From Camelus dromedarius (Eukaryota), in assembly GCF_036321535.1 (NCBI RefSeq), contig NC_087472.1, positions 99,946,001 through 100,010,000 of the forward strand: a stretch of 64,000 bases of DNA, read 5' to 3'. The position numbers were made by a program, and so were the translations under genes. Positions 1 to 13,198 of the stretch are shown here, in pieces (position 1 is the stretch's first letter; every line of letters begins with the position of its first letter). The notes under the pieces are model-generated. The model saw only the letters and a program-made list of their open reading frames with translations, was not told the origin of the DNA and searched no databases.

Positions 1-1762
1 CTGTAGCCCTGACCTTCTTGTGCAGAATTTGTGTGCAATTCAGTCATTTTGAACTGTGCTATACAGTAAGAAACTGTGCTATACAGAAAGAGCCTCTTCC
101 CCACCTTCTCTTTCCTTTCTTCCTTCCCTCTTCCCCTGGCTCCCTCTCCATCCCTTCCTCTGTGATGCCTTACTCCAAGCTCTATCCCATTCTGAAGCCT
201 GGCCAGGGTATGCATAAATCTGCGTTTATTCCATGAGTGTCATCTGCTCTTATTTACATTTGTGCAGCCTGGACCAGAATAAAAGGGGTCATTGAAATCC
301 AGGTTTGACCCACATAAACCCTTTTGCAGTCTATCAGATAGGCTGATGTGGGTTGCTATTTTACTTTTCTCATTCCCTGCTGATCCTCTCGGGTAGAGGT
401 GTTAATCAATTAAAAAATGACCAACCTAAGCAGCGAGAAGGAAGAGAGGAAGAGAGTCAAGCATCAGTTGGGTGGTTCTGCAGGATCAATCTCTCCCTCC
501 GTCCCCATCTTCATAAATTATGAACTGTATCGATCAATTCGTATTGATGTATGAACTCATTCTATCAAAAGCCCAAGTTGAAGTGCAAAATGGAAAGTGA
601 TCATTTATTAGAGCTGAGGAGTGTCAACTTTGTATGGAAATGGAACAAAACCAAACCACACAGGCTCGGATGGCCTCCCTTCCAAGCTTTAGATTGCATC
701 TGGCCAGAGGCAAATGGGGTCTGGGTAACCAGCAAGCCTTGATAACCATTGACGGATATTCTGTTCATTTTCAGTGTCTTAGAACCTGACCGTCATTTTG
801 TTGAGGCTGGAAACCCATTTGTGTTCCTTTTCCTCCCTTATACTTTGCCCGGGATGAGTCAGAGGACCCTCCTTTGTGGACTCACGAGATATTTTTATAG
901 TTCACAGCTCTTCCAGCAATTAGCCATCTTGGGAAAGTCATTTCACCTTTGAAGCATCAGTTTCTTCATCTGCAGGTTGGAAAGTTGACTGAGATTTCCA
1001 GTATTTTTAAATCTGGGGACCCTTGCTAAAAGCTTTTGACTCTTTGGATGAAAAATTCCTTATCTTCTTGAGCACATAACTAGGTCTTCAGATTAGGGTC
1101 ACAGTACTGTTTACATATAGTCCTGTAAAACTTTCTAACCTGTGCACCCTCATGCGGGCTGTTAAGCCTTTTGGAATGTCACAAAGCTAAAGGATCCCAC
1201 TCTTCTCTTTGCAAATGCTATCCAGGGTCCCCAAGAAGGAATATTGAGGTCCATTCTACATATCCTCTGCAGCCCACTTGAGCTCCTGCGGCCAACAAAG
1301 ATTTGTTGAATGAATCAGATTCCCACATGACCTGTGAGAAACTTCTGAAAAGCTTTAGAGGATTTTGGTTCTTTGCTGAGAAAGCCCTATGGTGGTTTTA
1401 TTGAGTAATGAATTTAAGACAGTGTTTCTGCCTTTGGTAAACTACTCATTCTTGCCCAATGTGTGGCTGTGCGGGTTCTTTGCTCAGCTGGATTGCATGG
1501 GGTTGGATGGGTGGTGAGATGTATGTTCATTTTGCATTCAGCTTAGCATGCTTCAGAATCCTACCTCCCCCAAAGGATTTTTTAGTATCATCTCCACGTT
1601 TATATCAGTGCGTGTGGGATAAAATCATTCATGACAAATTGGATTGCATTGCAAACTGTAGGTACCAGTCTTGTCCCCCCAACTTTGTTAGGTGATGCCT
1701 GAAGACTGCTAGCTAAGTGATGTGTGTCCTGTAGCATGTTTAATATTTCAAAATAAGGTTTT

Positions 1763-1933
1763 TTTAAAAAACATTTTAAAGTATAGTTGATTTACAATGT
1801 TAGTTTCTGGTGTACAACATAGTGATTCAGTTATACATACATATATATATATTCCTTTTCCTAGTCTTTTTCATTATAGGCTATTACAAGATACTGAATA
1901 TAGTTCCCTGTGCTATACAGTAGGACCTTGTTA
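1763..1933 (-). mobile_element. Short 5'-truncated artiodactyl-type L1 3' end
   Basis: aagtatagttgatttacaatgtt...gttccctgtgctatacagtaggaccttg, flanked by a TSD ttcaaaataa(g/a)gtttt at 1747-1762 and 1934-1949. Confidence 0.85.
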
Positions 1934-1974
1934 TTCAAAATAAAGTTTTAATAAATGTACATAAAATCAGATCA

Positions 1975-2471
1975 AGAAGGGGTTTAAACAGGTATTTGTA
2001 CACCAGTGTTCAAAGCGGTATTATTCACAATAGGCAAAAAGTAGAAGCAACCCAAGTGTCCATCCATGGATGAACAGATAAAATGTGGTCCATCCATGCA
2101 GTGGAATATTTTTCAGCCTTAAAGAGGAAGAAATTCTGATATATGCTGCAACATGGGTGAACGTTGAGAACATTATACTATGTGAAATATGCCAGTCATA
2201 AAAGGACAAATACTGTATGATTCTCTTGAGTGACGTACCTAGAGTAGTCAAATTCATAGAGACAGAAAGTAGAATGGTGGTTAGCAGGGGCTGAGGGGAG
2301 GGAGGAGATGGGGAGTTTTGCTTCCCGGGTATAGAATTTTGCTTTGGGAAGATGAATATAGCCCTGGAGATAAATAGTGGTGTTGGCTGAATGTGCTTAA
2401 TGCCAGTGAACTATACACTTCAAAGTGATAAAAATGGTGAATTTTATGTTATGTATATTTTACCACAATAG
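1975..2471 (+). mobile_element. L1MB-like LINE-1 3' end
   Basis: Typical L1 ORF2-end/3'UTR text: caacccaagtgtccatc, gtagtcaaattcatagagacagaaagtagaatggtggtt, ending tgtatattttaccacaat. Confidence 0.85.
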
Positions 2472-2962
2472 AAAAGGGATTAAGAATAATATGATAACAC
2501 ACTTCTACCCACCATCGGCTAAGAAATTAAAAAAATTAACAATTAACAATTGACATGTCATGTATGTTACCCTGCCTCAATCACATTGTGTGTTTTTTTG
2601 AGGAACGAGGGGTGACTTGGGTGAGAGAATTCTGTGACAGGAGAACTTTCCTTCTGCTTTGTTTTCCATTTGCATTTGTTAGCTAAAGATAAACGCACTA
2701 AACAAGTAGGAAATGTATAACCTTTTCCTGGCCTGTAAAATGAGTGCTTTGAGAAACTTCTAAAAAGAAATCTTTCTAGAAACTTCTTTTACCCTTTGGG
2801 CCTAGATGAATATGGAGAAATAGTCAAGGGAAATAACACTCAGCTTACAGGTTAGAAGAATGGTACAGTGTATTTGCAGCCTTTAAGCTTCCTGAATGTG
2901 CGTTTTAAACATAGGCAGTACCACTGCATCTTTTGAGGACCTCTTCCTTGCCAGGCATTGTT

Positions 2963-3432
2963 GTATCAGTTACCTGTTGCCACAGTAATGCCACGTAACA
3001 GACAACCACAAAACCCCGGTGGCAAAAGACAGTAAGCATTTATTGCTTCTGAGTCTGGGGTCAACTGGGAGCTAGCTGGGGGCTTTTGTGATTTTGACTG
3101 GGCTTCCTTGTGTGTCTGGAGGTCCAGTAGCATTTGATTTGGCCTCAGTGCATGCCTTGGGCACCTCAGGCCTGCTCTGTGTGCTCCAGCGGGCCAGCTT
3201 GAGCACGTCCCCATGGCGGTGGCAGGGATGCAGCAGCGAGCGGACATACCCAAGTTCTCTTGGGGCCTGGGTTCCGAGCTGGCACACTGCTACTTCACTT
3301 CACTTTGTTTTCTAAGCAGTCACGTTGTGTGGGGAAATCTTCTCTGTCTTTAAGGGAGGCACTCGAAAGTCGTGTGGCAAAGGGCATGGATATGGGGAGG
3401 GGTGAGGAAGTGGGGCCTGAATGCGATCATTC
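2963..3432 (-). mobile_element. MLT1-family (ERVL-MaLR) solo LTR remnant
   Basis: Starts tgtatcagttacctgttgccacagtaatgccacgtaacagacaaccacaaaacc...agcatttatt, the typical reverse-complement MLT1 end. Confidence 0.65.
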
Positions 3433-3504
3433 CCCCTGACTTTGGGCAGTGTTGTAGTAGAGACGCCGAGGCTGTCCTCTGAACAACCCCGAGAAGAAGG
3501 TAGC

Positions 3505-3620
3505 ATTGTCCTCCTTTTATAGTCAGAAAAATGGAGGCTCACAGAGCTTCTGTGACCCAACCAAGGTTATGCTTCTAGTGAGTGGTCTAGGTTGGGTTCA
3601 AACCCAGGCCTGTGAAACCC
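3505..3620 (-). mobile_element. MIR SINE fragment
   Basis: Degenerate antisense MIR core ccttttatag...gaggctcacagag...gttcaaacccaggc. Confidence 0.6.
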
Positions 3621-4492
3621 TCTTTTCCATGCTGCTCTGCCCAACCCCACAGCACTATGGATTATTGCCTCTTTCTGTAGACATCTGCTTTGCCTTCTGT
3701 GTATTTACCACCCCCACCCCCCCCGCTCCATCTCTTTCTCTCTTATGTTTTGCCAGTTCCTCTTCACCAGCTTCTTAAATGTGAGCTGTTTGTATGGTTC
3801 TGTCTTTGGCATCTTTGATTTTGTCTACTCCCTCCTGGACTCAGCCACTGCCACAAGGTGTACAAGCCCCTGAACCTCACCTCTGGGCCAAAACTCCCTC
3901 ATTGCTTCCCTTATCCTCACGTCCACTCTCAGCCACCCCGTGCTGCTTAGTGGTCTCATGGCCGCAAGTCACAGACACCCTTACGTTGTAAGGAACTGTC
4001 TGTCTTGTACAACAGGAAGTCCAGAGGCAGGGCAGGCCTTGGGGCCCAGGTTTCTTCTCTCTTCGCCCTGCTGCTTGCTGAGTTGGCTTCATGCTGTGGC
4101 CAGCAAGTAGGGCAGTGGGTGTCCCTGGTTACTCCCTGTGGGGGAAGGACAGGGGCATCTCCTCTTTGAGATGCCCAGGGCAGACCCATCTCTGTCTCTC
4201 ACTGTGCCACCCTGGCTAAGGCTGCCTGCCCATCCCTGAACCCATCCCTGCTGGACCTAGCCCATGTTTGGTTGTCCACAGTGGAGTCCCCAGCTGTCCC
4301 CATGTGGCCAAGCCACAGGTTTTCCTGCCTGTCAGGCTCACTCCTGCTTTCCTTTGCGTTTTCATTGGCGGTATCATCCCAGCCTTCAGTTCTTCCCGTC
4401 GACACTTCAGGGTCATTCTCACACCTCCTCCTTCATCTTCTTCATCATTTGTTGTTCTTCCCTTTGTTTTTGAGATCATCACTAAAGACAGT

Positions 4493-4930
4493 GCTACTCA
4501 GCCATAAAAAAAAAGGATGAAATAATGCCATTTGCAGCAACATGGATGGATCTGGGGATTATCATACTTAGTGAAGTAAGTCAGACAGAAGAAGATAAAT
4601 ATTATATGATACCACTTATATGTGAAATCTAAAATATGATACAAATGAACTTATTTATAAAACAGGAAGAGACTGAAACATAGAAAACAAATGTATGGTT
4701 ACCAAATGGGAAGGGGAAGAAGGATAAACTGGGAGTTTGGGATTAGCAAATAAAAACTACTATATACAAAATAGACAACAAGGTCCTACTATACAGCACA
4801 GGGAACTACATTCAATAGCTTATAATAACCTATAGTGAAAAAAAATATATATGTATAACTGAGTCCCTATGCTGTACACCAGAAACTAACACAACATTGT
4901 ACATCAACTATACTTCAATTAAAAAAAAAA
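4493..4930 (+). mobile_element. Artiodactyl-type L1 3' end with poly(A)
   Basis: atgccatttgcagcaacatggatggatct...agtgaagtaagtcagacag...acatcaactatacttcaattaaaaaaaaaa. Confidence 0.9.
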
Positions 4931-5272
4931 TCCTGTTCTGAGCCAGGCTCTGGGCTAACCTCTTGTAATCTGCAAGGAGATCCGCTCAGCTGGTTCCCCC
5001 AAGAGTTTAAGATTTAAGAATCGAACAGTCCCGGGCAGCTGGGCAATGGGAGCAGTGGGAGCAAAATGAGGAGAGCACTGAGCAGTGGGTGCTGTGCTGA
5101 CTGAGCACTGTGATGGCTGTGGGGGCCCCAAGTCCTGCCCCAAGTCAGGGCAGGCATCTGTGAGGTGGTTGCTTCTGATCTGATGATTCAACCTTAGCAA
5201 TGTCTCTTGCTCTTCCTTAAAAGAAAAATCATCCCTGGTCTGTGACTTGGACCTTTACTCCTTTGTGTGGAC

Positions 5273-5489
5273 CAGAGGTTGGCACACCACAGCCCCTGGG
5301 CCAAATCGGGTGCTGCCTGTTTTTGGAAATAAAGTTTTATTGGCACAGGCCACACCCCTTCATTTACATATCACCTGTGGCTGCTTTTGTGCCACAACAA
5401 TGGAGCTGAGCAGTTGCCGCAGAGACTGACCCACAAAGCCTGAAATACTTACTCTCTGGCCCTTTACAGAACAAGTTTGCCAACCCCTG
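5273..5489 (+). mobile_element. MER58A-like hAT-Charlie MITE
   Basis: TIRs cagaggttggca / tgccaacccctg, with internal aaataaagttttattgg and ctggccctttacagaa. Confidence 0.85.
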
Positions 5490-7917
5490 CTGTAGATGGA
5501 TAGAAAAATTCCGTTCCTGCCCTCTAGGAAGTTTCATCCTGCAAAGGAGACTTACTTAGGTATAACATATAGAAAACTTTATAATGAAGCCTGTTGAGGT
5601 GAAGATATTTAAGTGCTGAGGCAAGTAAGTGGTACAAACAAAAATCAGCATTGTTGGAGGAACTCATGTGCATTTATTTCTCTCTCCTCTCCCTCATTTC
5701 TTCCTTTCTCTGTTCCATGAAAGAATCTATGTTTGTTTTCTTGCCTCAAAATTTTTAGATTGACACTTTCTAGGTGTATAATTTTTAAATTTACACTTTT
5801 CACGACACTCTGTTCCATCCCTCGGAGGGGGAGAGTAAAGGTGGAAATCGGTCTGGAAAATGAGAAGTCTCAATGCGAGATACCTTTTTTTTAAATGCAC
5901 ATTTGCTATTCTCCCACACTTTAAAGAAAGTAGGACTTGCTTAAATAAAGGAGAAAAATCTTTATTTGCTTTGAACAGAGAGATAACATATGCATCAGTA
6001 AACTGTTTGGAAGGGAAAAAAAGAGTCTGCTTAAAAAGCTTCCCTTACAGGTGGCCTCGTCCCTTTGTCTGCACTGCTCATTTGCCTAGAAACCCATCCT
6101 TTTCTGAATGACACTCCCTAGAGGGGCCTTGGCAATACAACTTTTTGTAGCCCCTAGGGGAAGCCCTCAGTAATGGGCTTTGTTGTGATCATCACAAAAT
6201 TGCCCGCTCAGGAAGGCAGCTTTTGTGCTATAGTGTTGTTTAGACCTCACAAATTTTCTTAAAATTTCAGTTGTACGCTTTCTTTTAAGTTTTTAGACTT
6301 AGACTTTAGTTTTAAGAACACCCTAAGTTTTCTTTGTTAGACTTGTTATAAAAATATTACATGCTTAGTGTAAAAAATTAATAAAGGAAAGTCATGGTAA
6401 CTAAAGTCAAAAAGTAACAAAATCCCTTCCCTCAGTCATATTCCCCAGAGGAGATCTGCTTTGTGGTTATCTCTTTGGAAGATCTCCGCCTGTATCTATT
6501 AGGATGAACCATAAGCAATTGCAGAGATTTCAAGTGGTATGACCTAATCTAAGTACATAGTGATACAGACATTGATGTTTAACAAAATACAGATGAGCTG
6601 TTAAAATATGCCTCCCCCTCCCCCCAAAAAAGGTACCAGTTAAAATGATCGTGTAATTTTATGTATACATGCGTATGCATGAAAAGTTTCTGGAAGGTTG
6701 TGTAAGAAATTGTGAGTGATTGTTGCTAGGGCATCTTAGCAATTGGAGATGAGACTCACCAGTCATTATACTTACTGTTTTAATTAACCATGCCAGATTT
6801 TATTTTTACAATTAAAAATAACTTATGATCAGTGAAAAAAACAAAAAATTACAGATGGGATCATGCTGTTTATAGTATACTGCAATTTGTTATGTTAGGT
6901 TGAAGAGAATCTTGGAACTCTTGCTACCCTGGTTCAGTTAGAGCAGTGCCACTCTTTAACGGTCCACCTGTAGATATGGCACAACTTGATTACCAGTCCC
7001 CTAATTGAAGGACATTTGGAATGGTTCTGGTTTTTCACTCTTCTGAATAATGTAGCAGTGAGCATTATACATATGTCTCTGTACATTTCATGTAAGTTAT
7101 CTGGAGTATAACTTCCTAAAAGTGGAATTGCTATTTTCTTGATTTCTATTTTTTTTTTTTTTGAGTGGGTCAGATGCCCCTGGTCTCTGTTGCACTTGCT
7201 GACCTTAGGGTCTTTCATCCTCTAGTGATACCACAAAGATGGGACCTCAGTGGAAGTCAGGTAGCCCCTCCAGGCAAATCCTGTGCCGTTATAAACATGG
7301 GCACAAACTTCCCTCCCTTCCTGGAACATTCATGCACTCACTGCCCAGCAGGCACTGGGAACACGCAAGCAAAGAAGATAATGCAGCTGACGAGCACTGA
7401 GAGGAAGAGGTGTATGTGAGCTCTGTGGGTGCACGGGAGCCCAAGTGATCTCTTCATCCAGGGGTAGCAGGGGGACCTTGTGTTGCTTTCCATAACTTTG
7501 CCAGCTTACAAAGTGAAAGAAATGCCAGGCTCAGTTGGAGGGGGGACGTTTAGGCGGTGGCAGGCGTCAGCCTGCAAATTAGCTGTGCTAGCCTCCATGA
7601 AAGGGAGCAGTGGGCATTAAGCTCAGCTGAGCAAAGGTGCCAGATGACAGAGCAGGGCTCTCGCCAGCCACTGACCCAGGTAATAAGAGGGCACTTGGCT
7701 AGTAGCCTCCTGAACGCTGTGCCACACGGCCATTCGTGGATCAGGACCTGTCCAGTTGACCAGTGTGGTCCTTCTGTCATGATGTGCTGCTCTAAAGCCT
7801 GGGAACCAGTATGACAGACAGACTCCAAATGTTATGTTTACTGTTTTATTGCATAGATATAATTCCCTCTTGCACTTTTGAGTTTCCTTGCAAACCATAA
7901 TCTTGAAAGCAGGGATT

Positions 7918-8417
7918 AGGAGTTCTTCACTTTTAAAAACATTTGCCATGGAACCTGTCTGCCAGTCTGGTGAAGCCTACAGACCCTTCTTAGAATAATA
8001 TTTGTACATGAAGAAAATAAAATCCATAGAATTACAAAGGGCACCAGTTTTACTGAAATACAGTTATCAAAATATTGCAAAAGCTTAAGTAATACATATC
8101 CTTTATTGATGCATTAAATAGCAAGACCCAGCAGTGGATCTAGAAGCTGTCATAATTTTGAAGTAGGGATGAGTGTAAATTATATTTCAAGGTAGCTGCC
8201 ATGACTGTGATAGGAAAGGAAAATATCTATCCATGGAATGGGAAATAAATAAAAGCCACAGGTGCTGCTAATTGCAGTGTGGCTTGCTGTCTGTACGCCT
8301 GGTGGAAAGAAAGGCCAGGTTTCAGTCGGAGGGTAGTGAAAATAAAGATGTAATTTTCTTCCCATCCATGTCTGGACCCCTCTGAAATCCACGCGTGATC
8401 CCATTTAAGAATCTCTG
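7918..8417 (+). mobile_element. MER119-like hAT DNA transposon
   Basis: aggagttctt...gtctggtgaagcct...gaattacaaagg...gaaatacagttatcaaaata...gtgaaaataaagatgtaatt...ttaagaatctctg; related to the copy at 30304-30797. Confidence 0.8.
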
Positions 8418-11400
8418 CTTTTAAATACAGAAGAAGGAATTGGGATGAAAACCCCTGTTTGCATCAAGAAAATTTGTGAAGTCTCATGTTTCCCCTCTCT
8501 TTATTCTGATGGGGATGAGAAAGGAAATGATATGAAAAATGAGGCAGAATTTAAAAAACATTTTGACTACCTGCAATAAAGATCTTTCCCCCTCTTCCTA
8601 AAGAGAGAGAGATGTGGAATTTTCTGTCATTCTCTAACTCTAAATTTCCCGGTCCAAGGGCCATTTTTTGGTACTGATTTTGAGAACTGGGAAACTCGCA
8701 ATTTGTTGATGGGATATTTCTCCCTGAGACTTCTCTAAGCGTAGGCAAGAGAGATGGACCCCAGATGAGGGTTTCTAGGATTTTGTAGACCTTTGTTACA
8801 GTTCTATGCCCATGCTCCTCATCTCTCCCTCTCCCCTCATCCTCTCCCGTGTCTGCCTCCCCACTTCACTGCAAAAGTTAGCGGTCTGATAGATCCGTTT
8901 GTCAGCAGCAAAGTTTGAGAAGGCCTTTAAAAATAGATAGGTTAAAGGGAGTGTGTCGGAGAGAGAGGAGAAATCTTGTTTGTGCTCAGCAAATAACTTA
9001 TATTTAGAAGTTTCCTTCAGTTTTTCCTTTGAAAGTCTGTATTCTTATTTCATTTGAATGACTCTGCATGGAGCGTTTAAAAGTAGATCAAACAAAATTC
9101 TATAAATATGTTGAGTTCTTTTGGGCATTTTGCCAAAATCAGCCTTGCTAAAGCGGAGAGCAGCAATGTGCTTTATGCATCAGGTTTTCTCTTGAACCTC
9201 CAGACTCCCTCCCCTAGAGAGATGCTGGCCTGGGCAGGGGGAATTGGGCCAGGGACACTTTGGAGAAGTGTCCCCCAGTGTGGTCTGCTGTGGGTCTGGT
9301 CATTTGGACTAAGGGGCATGCTGAAAGGCCATACCAAGCACTGGGACCAGCCCAGGGAAAGGAGAAAAGCAGGAGGCTGTTTAGAGGCGTCACTGAGTGT
9401 GCTTTTCCGTGTGATTCCTTTTCTCACTCTAATAGGAAGGGAAGACTAGCCGGAAGAAAGTAAGTTGAACTGGTCTGAATAACTAACAAAGCTGCCTTTG
9501 AACACATTCGTGATTTTAAAGACAAATGGAGAAAAGGGCAGGAGGCAGGTGGTGGCAGCCCCTCTGTAAACTAGGTCTGTCCCCATCCCAGTTTTATCCA
9601 TGAGAAAACTGAGACGGAGAGCTCAAGTGGGCTGCATGGCGTGGTTGCGATGCTGGGGCCCCGGGGTTGTCTGTCTCTTTGGGGTTGTGAGGCCCAGGAT
9701 TCTCTCTGTGTGCCTTAATGATGTCATTGTGAGCCGTGTGTCCGTGAGCTGTAAAATCAGAGCTCATCTGTCCTTTCAGATGGCTACTTCACACCATTGT
9801 TATGAGCTGGGTTGGGGTGGACGTCATGAGTTCTTCATGCCCCTGGCACTACAGTTCTAGATGTGGCTTCTAAGGAGCTCTCAGGAACTTTGAAAATATC
9901 CACATGTAACTGCTCTTGGCAGAAACAGCTTATTAAATGGACAGCCCCTTTCTGAATTATGCTGGCAGTAGAAACTCGATTTTTGGGGGGTCATATGTTA
10001 ATTGGCTGACTTTAAGATGCTTTCAGTGGCTTCTTTAAACAGGGCATTAGATTCTGAAGTTTCTAGGGCTGAGGAAGGATCAGGGATTCAGGTCCCTCCC
10101 TCTGTTTCTAGATACATGGCACCTGGGCTCACAGATGGATGGTGAGTGGGCATTCATGATGAGATGGCAGCCGCGTAACCATCATGAGACACACGTGGGT
10201 GTTGGTAAATGAGTTGCATTTCTTGAAAAAGGTGTGCCTGAAAGCTGAGAGGTGTCGGAGCTGAAGGCGTGGAGAAGAACATACATTGACACTCAGAGAG
10301 ATTTTACATGCTGTGGGATGTGGGCAGTGCTAGAGAAAAGCAGTGGTTGTTAGGGGAACCCAGAGAAGGGGCCCCCACGGTGGAGACTGTGTGTGGACCC
10401 TTCCGTGTTACTCTGGTGCCTCCACAATCATGTTCGTGCACACATTCTTTCTCTCATTCATTTCATTGTGTTAGGCCCTCACATATCAGTTGACTCTTGA
10501 ATGAATCCATTTATTCATTAATACACATTTGTTGAGTGTGTACTCTTGATAGGTTCTGGGTATTAGGAATAAATAAAAGCATCCATGGTGGAGGTTAAGG
10601 AGGGAGGGAGGTGGTGTGTGTATGTGTTTGCAATGTTGGGATCATATCATACATATTATGTGGTTTGGTCTTTTAACCTAATGTATGACGGGCACCTTTT
10701 ACACATCAGTACACATAGAACTGCTTGCTTGGTTTAATTGGCTGCTGTGTTTCCCACGACCGGGATAAACCATGATTAATGAAGCCATTCCCTCACAGTG
10801 GACTTTCAGGATATTTCCTGTGTGGATCTCTGCGCGCGTCCTCATTTGTTATTAGAAACAATGCTGCCTTGAACATCCTTACACATTTATCTCTGCCTAC
10901 TTAAAACAAGTGTTTTCTGTCTTTTAAGAGGACTAAATTTAAACAAATATACATAATTTCTTGTTCAGATCTAGCCCCGCTCTACTGTTTGGTGTAATTG
11001 ACAGTGGACCCTAAACTTGGAAGAAGAGAGCAGTTAGGAATATATTAGGCACTGTTTAGTATCACAGCTGCTTTGGGCTACGGTGTTGGTGGAGAACGAG
11101 ACATCTTTAACATAGTGGCAAGACTCCAGGGGATGCCATCTTCCCATCCTTGCAACAATTCAAGGTGGCACTAGCTTTTTTTTTTTTTTTTTTAGTGAAA
11201 TGCACATACCGTCAAATTTACCATCTTAACCATTTCAGCATTGGCTTTTAATCAAACATTGGTGGTTGCCCTGCTTAACATTGAGTTAAGGATTTAAGTC
11301 TTTCCCTCCATCCTTCCAGTCCTTCTCCAGTGCCTCTCTCACTGCCTGGGAATTTGGGTTCACAAAACCATGACCCCCAGACAGAATATCGTATAGGTAC

Positions 11401-11919
11401 TTAGGTACTCACTAGTTCATTCATCCATCCATTTATCAAGAATGGATTGAATGTCTTCTCTAATAGGCTCTGAGCTAGGTCCTCAGAGGATCAAAGAATT
11501 CAGAGAGGGTCACTGGCCCCCAAAGGGGTCAACCGAGACACATCAACTGATGATGATACTGTGTATCTGCCTTTCCTTCCCTGTGTATCTGATTCCTTCC
11601 ACCATGTTTTTCAGACTTTCTCTTTCATTGTCTTCTGTTGGGCCATCTGCCTGCTTCTAGGCTCCCTCCCGCAAGCTGTCCTGCATGCCCCTGACACCAG
11701 GCACTTCTCCCTAGATCGCTGTCCTCCTCACATCTTGTTGTCACTTCTCTGCCCAGAAACCTCCTCTGGGCAGGTTCTCATAAAATTAAGTTCTCATCCT
11801 TCGCTTGGCATCCAAAGTCCCCTAGAAACACATTCCCAGTCTGTCTTCCTGGTGTTATCTTGGGTTGGCAGAAGACAGCTACACACCATAACTTATTTTA
11901 CACATATGCCTCATACAAT

Positions 11920-12070
11920 TTATCCAGGCTTTCTGTGCCCATCCGTAAAAATGGAGCCAGCACCACTCATCTCATGGGGTTGGTCCAGGGACTTGAGGAG
12001 AGGCAGATAACATGCCTCGCACGTTCTTGGCGCACAGCAGACAGACACCTAGTCAATGCTTGTTGTCTTT
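11920..12070 (+). mobile_element. MIR SINE fragment
   Basis: catccgtaaaaatgg...ctcatgggg...ggcgcacagcag, a degenerate MIR 3' half. Confidence 0.5.
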
Positions 12071-13074
12071 ATCACCAAAAAGATTCAGTTGATTTTCCTT
12101 ATGTGATTTTTTATTTCACCTGCCTCCCTCCCTGCCCTCTGTGGCTCAGAGGCCCTAATAAGTGGTTCCTTTCTGGTTCTACACTTTTCTCCAGTATTCT
12201 TGTGGGAGTTAGAAGCAAATGAGCACTGCCATAGCTCTAACTGCTTTTCAAATAAACCTTGCCTTTGAAGTAGCAGGCAAATAGATTTACTGTTTTCAGC
12301 CCTGCAAAGATGCTGATTATATACATCCCTTGGAGAATCACACAGGCTCATCTCCAGGGACCAGGCAGTGCTGGTTAATTAAATACTGTACATTTCCACT
12401 GCCACAGTCCAGCCACAGCCAAGAGAGGTTTGGAAAGAAAGACCCATGAGTTCTTTTTTTGTTTTTTCTGGCTTGCCATCATCCTCTGAAGTGGCCTCCT
12501 CTTCCTCTGAGTTACATTATGTTGGAAACAGATGATGCATGGGAATCTTTCCAGGAGAGAGTGTGATGCTGAGTCCACCAGATCAGTAATTCCGTTTTCT
12601 CTTCCCTTGCACCCAGCATCCACTGGATGTCCTGAGTATACAGGGTGGCTCTTCACGTTTATTTGATTCACTTTGTATTGTTTTTCTATCCTGGAATAGG
12701 AAACCTGGCCCCTTGCATAAACTGATGTTTCTGACTCAAAAACAGCTTCTTCAGGAATCCAGAATACTGCTCAGTAAGTTAGGGAGTGGCTGCACCCCCA
12801 GCAGTGTTTGCTCACAAACGGTAGCAGAGATCACCGTCTTCCCACCCCAGGGCCCTCAGGAACTCATTTCCACAGATGGAGACTGCTTAGTACAACTGTC
12901 CCAAAGGTCTATGAAATAAAAATCCCAGCACAGCAGCATTCCCCTGAGTTATGTATTAGGATGTCACTGCCAAATAAGTATGAGTTTTCTCCCTTTTGGG
13001 AGAAGCTGAATATAGGACCTGTATGTCATGGTCCTGGAAGTGTCCCATTCATTTTTGAACAACTGGTCTGTCTA

Positions 13075-13198
13075 CATGTCTCTCAACCCTGGCTGGATGT
13101 TAGAATTAGCCAGGGAGTTCTTAAAATTCAGGTGCCCAAGCTGCACCCCAGACCAGTGACATCAGAGAATCTAGGGGTGGGGCCCAGGCATCTGTTTT
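13075..13198 (+). mobile_element. MER5B hAT MITE, 5' part (interrupted by L1)
   Basis: tctcaaccctggctg...ttagaat...caccccagacca...ggggtggggcccaggcatc. Confidence 0.75.

Noticed and set aside
52..86. aactgtgctatacag repeated twice
   Set aside because: Small two-copy duplication with no indication of function.
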